From the NCBI RefSeq assembly GCF_009914755.1, contig NC_060939.1: a stretch of 64,000 nucleotides of DNA; one strand, given 5' to 3'. The stretch is from the human T2T-CHM13v2.0 reference genome, Homo sapiens. A program made the position numbers and the translations under genes. Below, piece by piece: positions 55,080 through 64,000 of the stretch (within the stretch, counting starts at the first letter, position 1; every line of letters begins with the position of its first letter). The notes beneath the pieces are model-generated. The model saw nothing but the letters and a program-made list of their open reading frames with translations. It had not been told where the DNA came from and made no database searches.

Positions 55080-55540
55080 GGAAGCCCCTACTCCATGCCA
55101 GGCAGCACACTGGTCTTTACACATGGCTGAGTGGAAGTGATGGACCTACAGACAGATAATGGCCAAACAGTAAGGTCAAGGCTGAAGGCTGTGTGTTTGA
55201 AGGGTTTGTGCATCACAGAGGATACAGCCTCTTCTTAAACTGGGAAGGCAGGGAGTTAACACTGGCACAGGCTTGATGGGTGAATAGGAAATTGACAGGA
55301 AGACAAAAAGGGTGGCAGAGAAGGTCATGATGTGGAGGTAAAAGAGCGAGATGAGTCTGGGGAGCTGCAAGTAATCCAGTTTGATTGATGTTAAAAGCCC
55401 TCGGGTCATGGGGCAAAGCCAGATCACTGAGGGACCTAGAAGCCAGGTTTAGAAGTGTGTCTTCCGGCTGTGACCTGAGACAGCCACCGTGAGGTTATAA
55501 TAGGGGAATTTGGGAAGTGGCATGATGGGCTTGGGCTCCA
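55080..55540 (-). mobile_element. L2 fragment
   Basis: aggcttgatgggtgaataggaaattgacagg...aaagccagatcactgaggg. Confidence 0.55.
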
Positions 55541-56399
55541 GGGAGTGAGAAGCTCCAAGTAGGACCCTGAGCAAGGCAGTGCCTATGGGGATGAGAACAG
55601 CCTGGCTTGTCTGTGCTAACAAGAAGTCCACTCTCCCCCTAAAATATTCCAGGGAAGGCAGACCTTCTGAGAGAAGTTTCAGGCAGCTGGGCTGTCAGAA
55701 TGATGAGTTCTGCAGACCAGCAGCTGAATGAAAGAAGAAAAATGTCCCAACAAGCCCCGTTTCACTGCCCTTGACCTTGCAGTAGAGCTCTAAGTGCAAA
55801 ATCTGTCATCTATTAATCTGCTAGAAGTTGACAAAAGGGACTTTGATCAGGGGTTGTTTTTTCTCCCCTTCTTAAGTTTCCTGATGACACATAATAGCCC
55901 ATTTCAGCCGTAGGCCCGGAAGCACGGCCATCATTCTTTTGCTCACTTCAACCCCAGTGGCCTCCTCCCCTCTGTGGCTTTCCCCCATCCCCTGCCCTGA
56001 TATTAATTGACCTGTAAGTGGTTACATGTGTTTCTTTTTATGTGTCAGTTGGAACCCGTTATTTGAACTTCACAGCTATTTGGGAACACAGAAAGGATTC
56101 TCTGGGCCCGAGTTGGAAAATGGAACCATCTAGAACGTGTCACATTTGCTTCTACCTCCTGTTTTTTTTTTTTTCTTCCTCTATGCCTTGAGGTCTTGAT
56201 ATCTCCCACCCTCACTCCTATTCTATCTCCACTCCTCTGAGTTAGGTCTACCCTAACTTTTTAGACCATGGACGTTCACAGCCAGGAGGGACCTTAGGGA
56301 GCCTACAAACTTTTCTTCTACAATCTATAGCTTCTTGTTTTAAAGTTAGAGAAACTGAAGCCTAAGAGAGGAAAGCAATTTTTTTTTAATGAAAGTAAC

Positions 56400-56930
56400 A
56401 TCTGTTTCAGGTCTATTAGGTACAGGTTTCTTACATGTGTTCTCTCATTTTATCCTCAAAATAACTGAGTTAGGAATCACATTGCCATTTTTCAGATGAT
56501 GAAATGGAGACTCCTGGAGACAAAGCAGAAAGGATGCTTGGGGCGGATTGCCTAGGATTATATTCCATCTCCAGCACTTACCAGCTGTGTGATCTTGGGC
56601 AAGTGGTTTACCTTCTCTGTGCTTCAAGTTGCTGGTCAGTAATGGGGCTAACAAAAGTGGCTACTTCAAAATGTTATTATGAGGATTAAATTAAATGATT
56701 TTTGGGTACCTAGAACAGTGTCTGGTACACAGAAAGCACTTGTTAAATGTTAGCTGCTGCTGCTCTGAGAGGCAGTGCAGTGCAGCACAGTGGTTTAGCA
56801 CACTGCTTCTGGAATGAGATGTTCTTGGTTTGAATCTCAGCACACCAGTTACTAGCTATATGAACTTGGGTAAATTACTTATGTTCTCAGTGACTAGTCT
56901 CATCTACAAAATAGGAATATTCCTGATGAT
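56400..56930. mobile_element. MIR cluster on both strands
   Basis: cttaccagctgtgtgatcttgggcaagt; gaggattaaattaaatg; tactagctatatgaacttgggtaaattactt. Confidence 0.8.
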
Positions 56931-57039
56931 TGGTTCCTCAGTGAAATGGTTAGCTTCCCACATTATTACCTTGCAGTGAGTTCTGCCAACTGAAAAGCCC
57001 TTTTCAACCCTATGGAGCTTTTCATCAGATCTTTAGTGA

Positions 57040-58030
57040 CCCATTTTAAACGTGAGTAGACTTCAAAAAATTACAAGTTACATCATCACAGAGATGAGAA
57101 GATATTGCATCTAAGAAAATAAAAATGAATGTAAAAAGAAAGAGTGGGGATCAAATGAGAATAAGACAGAGCTCTTGAAAATTAAAATTAATAGTCCAAA
57201 AAAAACCTTAAAAAATAACACATTTGATAGATGAGGAGAATGCTCAGAAAGTAAAACAAAAAGATAAACAGATTGGAAATAGGAAAGAAAGATAAGAAAA
57301 TTGGAGGATCCATCAAGGATATCCAGCATCCAAAAAGTTAAACGTCCCAAAAAGAGAAAAATGGAGAAAACAAGGGGAAGAAAATATTCAAGGAAAAATA
57401 CAAAAATAAAATTCCCACAACTGAAGCCATGAGCTTACTTATCGGAATCTACCACATGCTAAACACAGCAAATGACAAAAAGATCCACATCGAGGCAAAT
57501 TATTAGGAAATTTCAGAATACCATAGATCAAGAAAAAATATCAAAAGCTTCCAGAAAAGAAAAATGAAAAGCAAATAAAAACAAAAACATATATAAAAGA
57601 TCAGGGTACAGGATGGCGTTGGATTCCTCAACAGTGGCTCAGGAGGCTGACTGAGGCTGTAGAATTCTATACCCAGCCAAACTATTAATTGAGTGTGAGC
57701 TTCTCAGCAGCAACACTGAAAACTACAAGCAAAGAAGCAGTATCTTTAAAATTCTGAAGAAAAGTGACTTGTGAAATAGAATTTATGCCCAGCCAAATAG
57801 CAACCCACAAGAGCTCTAAAGAATTTTTTAAATGACAGTCCCCCCACATTTTCCTTGCATTCTCCTTGTCTCAGGATGCTGCTGGAGGGACTGTTCTGCT
57901 AAAATGAGGCGGTCAACCAAGAAAGAGGAAGACATAGAATCTGCAAAGCAGATGACCTGGTGGAGGAAAAACTGAAGGGATATTAGGATTGTGTGGAGAG
58001 ATGCTAGGTTTGCAGCAGGGCCCAGGCACA
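57040..58030 (+). mobile_element. HAL1/old L1 ORF1-derived fragment
   Basis: A-rich; ggaaatttcagaatacc, agaattctatacccagccaaacta, aaaattctgaag are L1-ORF1-like motifs. Confidence 0.7.
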
Positions 58031-58599
58031 GAGCACCATCTCTTCCTGTCAACAAGGCCCCACTGTACTGTCGCTGGTGCTGTGGATCCCCTGAAAGCAG
58101 ACTGACTCTCATTCCAGCCCCATCTGTCTTCCCCAGCTACCTCACCCACTGCAGCTCCAAGGCCAGTCTCCTTGCACACCCTCCACAGGGCACATGGAGA
58201 CTTCTGGAGTCCTCCATGCATCACAGGAATTGAGGAAGACTCTGGCATTCTGTCATCTGCTGTGTTGGTTTGAATGCCCCACCCCAGTTGCCTCATCTTT
58301 TAAAAAGGATAATAATTAGCACCAATGTCACAAGGCCAATGTGAGAGTTTATATTTGCAAAGCACTTAGAATGACATCTGTCACATAGTAATGCAATATC
58401 GGTATTTGTTAAAATACATTATGTAATGATGTGAAGGTGAAATAGTAGTAGGCTAGAAATGTGTCACTTTAAACTTTAAAAGCTATGGCAAGTTCATCAT
58501 CTCCCATTGGTCATGTATACCTAGACACTCCCAAATGGACCTTCCTAAAAGCACTTCAACTTGTGATGCCAGTGCAAGTCTGGCCACATTGATTCCTGC

Positions 58600-59130
58600 T
58601 GAACATAGGCTAGTGATTCCTCCTTGCTCTGTGGAAGAGGTCAGGGTTCTATTCTCAGGCCACTAGGATCTGCTCTGCTGTCCCCTCCAGAGTCACCTTG
58701 AACCAACCCTTCCTTCCCACTTGTCCTCCAGCTCTGGAAACTTTCTTCAGCATCCTTTCATAAACTGTGCTCCCTCTTGCTTCAAGACCTTCACCCAAGC
58801 TATTCCTTGTGTCTGCGTGGCTCCTCCTGCCACTATCTTCTCCTTCCTTTAGCCAGCTCCTGCTCACCCCTTGAATCTTGTCTGGGTTATCATTTTTTGC
58901 AAAGAAGTCTTCCCCAGACCCAAAAGAGATGATAAATCCCGTGATGCATTCTCATCCATGTTACGTTTAATTCTTACATTCAGCATGACCTGCAATTGTT
59001 TGGGTCATCCATCCATCCATCCATCCATCCAACAAATGCTTATTGAATGTCTATTGTATGCCAGGTACTTTTCTTGGCCTTAACCATATAGCAGTGAACC
59101 AAACAGACAGAACCCCCTTGCCCTGGTCTC
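58600..59130. mobile_element. L2 fragments on both strands with (ATCC)n at about 59006-59030
   Basis: aagtcttccccagacc; caacaaatgcttattgaatgtctattgtatgccagg. Confidence 0.65.
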
Positions 59131-59165
59131 TAGCAGTTATTTGATGTATATGTGTTACAAAGCAA

Positions 59166-59468
59166 TCTCAAAACAGATATACCCAATTTGGGGCCCAGCT
59201 CTATCACTTCTGTTTCATAAACAATAGAATTTCTTTTCTCGTGTCCACTCTGTGCTGGGCTCCTGCAGTACAGACATAAAAGAGATAATTACCACACGTT
59301 TGTCTTTGAGAAAGTTACTTAATGCCTCTGATCCTAATTTCCTATATGAAAATTTTCTCTGCCACCTTTGAGGGGCCATGAGGATTAAATTACTGGACAG
59401 TTCTCTCTGTTCATGTAAAAGGGCTGTCGCATATGCAGTTGAACAGCAGAAGCCTCTTAAACAACCTG
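59166..59468 (+). repeat. About 300-bp local direct duplication, copy 1
   Basis: Collinear with 60429-60733, roughly 80% identical by eye. Confidence 0.93.
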
Positions 59469-60428
59469 AGATCAACCATCAAAAACACAAGAGCAAGACT
59501 CCTAAGCAGTTCTTTGCTTACCACTATATTCCTAGTGTCTAACAGGTACCTGGAGGAAAGCAGTCTTTAATATATTATTTGTTAAGAAATAAGCCAATGA
59601 AATACTGCTACCTTCCCTAGAAAGATGATGGATTGAAGGCACAATCCTACTCCTATGAAACTCATGAAGATCTCCTCGAGCAATGGCAGGAAACAGAGCT
59701 GCTGACTAGCAGTTTCGCGGGAGGTTAAAAGAAGAGAAGCCCCACCCAGGCGGAAGGTCGCTGCGGTTTCTTTGGTGAATGATCCGTGCCCCAGCTCTCC
59801 CATTTAGACCCTAGTTAATCTGGCTACCCTTGTAACCAGGCCAGCCCTCTAGAATAACAGAGCCTGAAGTGAGGAGGTGGGAGGAACATTCATGAGTGGG
59901 TAACCCTGTGACTAATCCAGAGAAACAGTTTCAAGACTGGTGGTTCACCCCAGCCTTGTTTGTGTCTAATTTCCCCAGGGGCAAATCAGCCCCTTCATTT
60001 CACTCTGAGGTTTAGGGTTTCCCCTAGAGCTCTTGGTGAGACTCAGCCAGGATGTTTTGCATAAGTGTGGGAAGTCTTGGAGGTGGAAGTAGGAAATGGG
60101 GTGGAGAGTAAAGGTGAGACTGGATGGGGGGCACTCTGTCCATCCCCACTTCTGAAAAGCTTTGGCATAATTCAAATCAATTGTTTCTTCCCAGGCTATT
60201 TTGCAGAAGAATTAACACCAAAGGAGACAGAAGAATTGAGCCTTTTAAAACAAGTTTTTGTTTTTTTTTCCAGGAGAAAGGTGGGGAGAAAAATAAGAGC
60301 TGGAAAACACATGGCCCTAAACAGGTGAGAAGTAATAGGCCCTATCTTTTGTATCTGGGCCAGCCATAATTCTTGACAAATAGTGTGCATTTCACAAATG
60401 TTCATCAGTGAGTTGAAAGAACATGGGC

Positions 60429-60733
60429 TCTCAAAGCAGATCCACCTGGTTTGGGGCCTGGCTCTATCACTTCTGTTTCATAAACGGTGGCCTTTTTTTC
60501 CATGTGTCCACTCTGTGCTGGGCTCCTGCAGTACAGACACGAAGGAGGTAATTACTGCACATTTGTCTCTGAGAAAGTCACTCAAGGCCTCTGATCCTCA
60601 TTTTTCCTATATGAAAATCTTCTCTGCCTCCCTTAAAGGGCCATGAGGATTACGCTGGACAGTGCTCTGTCCGTGACAAAGGGCTGTGGCATCTGCGTGC
60701 AGTTAAACAGCAGAAGCCCTCTTGAGCAACCTG
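60429..60733 (+). repeat. About 300-bp local direct duplication, copy 2
   Basis: Shares gctctatcacttctgtttcataaac and tgtccactctgtgctgggctcctgcagtacagaca with copy 1. Confidence 0.93.
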
Positions 60734-61947
60734 CAATGGACCAGCTTGCTAGATTAATGTAGACTCTCCACACTACTCAGCTAGCACTGTGCCCATGCCT
60801 GGGATACACTAAACCCTTGAAGCTAGCAGCTCCAACTGAAGCTTCTCTCCAGTTTTCCTGGGCACATATGTTTCCATTGGTTGAGCTGTGTGTGCTTACT
60901 GAGGGCTATTTGTATTTCTTCTCAACCTGTACCTGTTACTCTGATTAAATAATGCAATCCATCATTTCATAATGCAATGAAATATGAGTGCAAAAACGTA
61001 GAGTTGTTTCTTTGCAAGCTAAAGTGAGTGCTTTGGAGAGAATCAATGCATGCTATAACGGAACAACCTCCTGGTGAATTCAGTGTAAGTGCGATAACTA
61101 TAAAGGTTAGAGGAAAAAACAACAAAATAGAGTCTTTGGCATTCAGTTTTATATTCTCTTTCACTTTAAAGAAACAGAGACTACATATTGTTGGTGCTAC
61201 CTTGTGGGCGTGATTTATCTGGGGAAGAATTCCAAACAGCCAACCCAGAGAATCCCCCATTTTCTATGACTGTCTTGGGAAAGTGGGTCTGACAAAGCTG
61301 AATCTCATCAGATTCAAGAGGGGGTGTTCGGTGGCTTTAATGCTTCTCCGTAAAGTGGATGGGAGAGTGTCAGGGCTAACTCAAGCCACAAAGGGTTCTG
61401 AGAACCTCAGAGCTGGGAAGGGCTTCATGTTCACTGGGCCCAGGCATCCCCTGGGGTGGGCACCTCCACCGCAGTCCCACTGCCAGGTGGCTGCCCAGGC
61501 TCCTGACTGATGCCCCAGTGACTCAACACCACTGAGACCTGGTTCGGTTTGAGTCGTATTCTGGTAAGCGTGCCTGACTCACTCTGCTCTCCCTTCTCTG
61601 TGCTCCTTGATGTACCCTCCTTTACCCCCAGGTGAAAAAGCTCCATTAACTTTGTCACAGCAGGTCCAGAAAGAAGCTAACACTGTAATATGAATTAGCT
61701 TAATATATTCTCAAGGTACCTATTTTCCCAGCAGGACAAGGCCTGCTTATCCTTTCAGATAATTCTTCATTCTTTCCTAGGGCCTTCCCATCTCTCCTAG
61801 CCCCAAGATCCAGGTCCTTCATCCAAAAGACCTACCCTAGGCCCCATTTCTGCACATTTCCGGCAAGATTCTGCCTGATCACTGCCTCAAGTTGATAGGA
61901 CAAAATATTGTACCTGGGATCAATAAAAATTCTAATTCTAGCACTTT

Positions 61948-62243
<296 letters not shown>

Positions 62244-62499
62244 TAATTCTAGCACTTTCTAACTCTTAGACCTTGGCTTACATAATTAATGTTTCTAAAA
62301 GCTGTGATTTTTTTCATTTGCATAATGGAAATTGAAATAGCTCATTGTGATGGTTCTTCATTCAACATGTTTTTAAAGTCCCTACGAGGTGCTCAAGCAC
62401 TCTGCTGCTGTGATACTGTGGGTACATGACTGGGAAAGCCAGAGGCCATCTGATACAGCCACAGGAATGAAGCTTTGCTGGTTGATAGATGGGATAATG

Positions 62500-62684
62500 C
62501 AGGGGTTGGCAAACTTTTTCTGTAAAGCGCCAGATAGTAAATATTTTAGGCTTTATTCTGCCATAGTAGTGCAAAAGCAGCCATAAACAATATATAAACA
62601 AATGGGTGTGGCTCTGTGCCAATAAAACTTCACAAAAAACAAGCAGCAGGCTTTGGCTTGTAGGAAGTAGTTTGCCTACTGCTG
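62500..62684. mobile_element. MER58A hAT MITE
   Basis: caggggttggcaaactttttctgtaaagcgccagatagtaaatattttaggcttt...gtagtttgcc. Confidence 0.9.
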
Positions 62685-63014
62685 GGCTAAAGGTTAATGT
62701 TTGTGGATTGAGGGTCAGTTCCAGATCACTCCAAGAAGGTGGCTTCAGATGATGAACATGTGGACTTAGGCTGGCATGCTGGGAGTTCTTCAGGAGGGCC
62801 TCCAAATGCATCATTCCTCTTGCTTATGCAGAGCTGGACGGGTTAGATCTCAAGCTGGCTTAATTAACTTTCCAGGCCTTCTTCCTTAATGGCAAAGTAC
62901 AAATTCAGTAGCATTCAGTGGCCCCTTATAACAGACACAGTAAGTATGACAAAGATACAACCCAGCCTACACTACTGGGATGACAGGGAAAAGTCATCCC
63001 AGCAGGGTTTAACT

Positions 63015-63170
63015 AGTGGTTTCCCAAACTTGAACACTCATTGAATCACTCAGGATGCTTGTTAAAAATACAGATTCCTGGACCCCTACTTTAGAATGAT
63101 TATTTCAAGCTATAGAGATGACCTGGGGATTCTGGACCATTAGCATGTGGACCAGATGATTTTAAAGGAG
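63015..63170. mobile_element. MER5-like MITE
   Basis: agtggtttcccaaactt...gaatcac...gcttgttaaaaatacagattcctgg. Confidence 0.75.
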
Positions 63171-63439
63171 GGAAACTCAGAGTTAGGCCCCTTTTAGCTG
63201 TGACATACAGTGGTTATCAAAAGAGTAAAGGAAGCCTGTCTGCCCTTGCTGGGCTGTGGTGGGACAGAGAATGGTGGTGGTGGGGATCGTTATCTTGTCT
63301 GCAAAGACGTGGCAGGATGTGGTTGACCTGAACTTCCTGTGAATCAAGGAACCAGAGAACAGGGGGGAGAGATTCACAGCCCGGCAGTAGGCTCAGCCCA
63401 CATGCCTAGAGTGTGCTCAGTGGGTACTGGGAAATGAGA

Positions 63440-63590
63440 GCCTGGCCCCACCTCTTCTCCGTGACCTTGGGCAGGTCACTTCACCTCTCAGAGTGTCAGT
63501 TTCCTCATGGATACAAAGGAGATGATGATAGGTCATTTTCAAGGACACCATGAAGAATAAATAAGGTATCATTTATAAAACCTCTGTCTC
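63440..63590 (+). mobile_element. MIR
   Basis: gtgaccttgggcaggtcacttcacctctcagagtgtcagtttcctcat. Confidence 0.8.
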
Positions 63591-64000
63591 CTTGATTAGT
63601 GGTAGAAAATTCTCTTTCAGTGGAATCAGTGTCCACCTCAAAACATCCAAGGGCCAAGAGTTAGGAGACCTCCTTCATGGGCGGGGTTTTACCAATGACT
63701 CAATGCTCCATCTTGGAGTAAGTGAGATCATGTTGCTGGGCCTCACTTCACTTGACTGTAGAATGGGACGTTATGCACCTGCGGTTCCCTGTTTCCTTTT
63801 CAAGGATTCTCTTGAAGGTTGGATGAGACTATGGAATGAGAAGTGTCCTGGTGCTGTCAAGGGATATGGCAAAAAAAATGTGCAAGACCATTCTTGTCAG
63901 GTGCGGGGAGAGATGTTGCTGACTTTAATAATGTACTTCTTTCCATTTGTTATTTTTACAACAAAGGAAGAAATAAAACAGGACCTCTGAAAGATTCCTT

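Noticed and set aside
57655-57806. Repeated agaatt(c)tat(a/g)cccagccaaa
   Set aside because: Explained by overlapping or duplicated fragments of the same old L1/HAL1 element

Overview
Primate, probably human-like, non-coding genomic DNA (intronic or intergenic). No protein-coding exon, RNA gene or CpG island could be supported, and the host gene could not be identified. Much of the window is transposon-derived: 10 Alus, a complete THE1C provirus, a full-length Tigger1, several MLT1/MST LTRs, an ERV env remnant with its LTR, L1/HAL1/L2/L3 fragments, hAT MITEs and many MIRs. Repeat subfamily names come from recognition of consensus sequences by eye, and boundaries of old repeats are approximate. 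The most unusual signal is a 61-bp inverted repeat (60/61 identical) in apparently unique DNA at 39059-39119 and 40889-40949. Two other short non-tandem local duplications occur at 42951/44040 and 59166/60429. Other points of interest are a tailless Alu with a TSD, multi-level transposon nesting, a MIR-derived minisatellite, and candidate enhancers and non-coding exons. No new biological system is established by the sequence alone.
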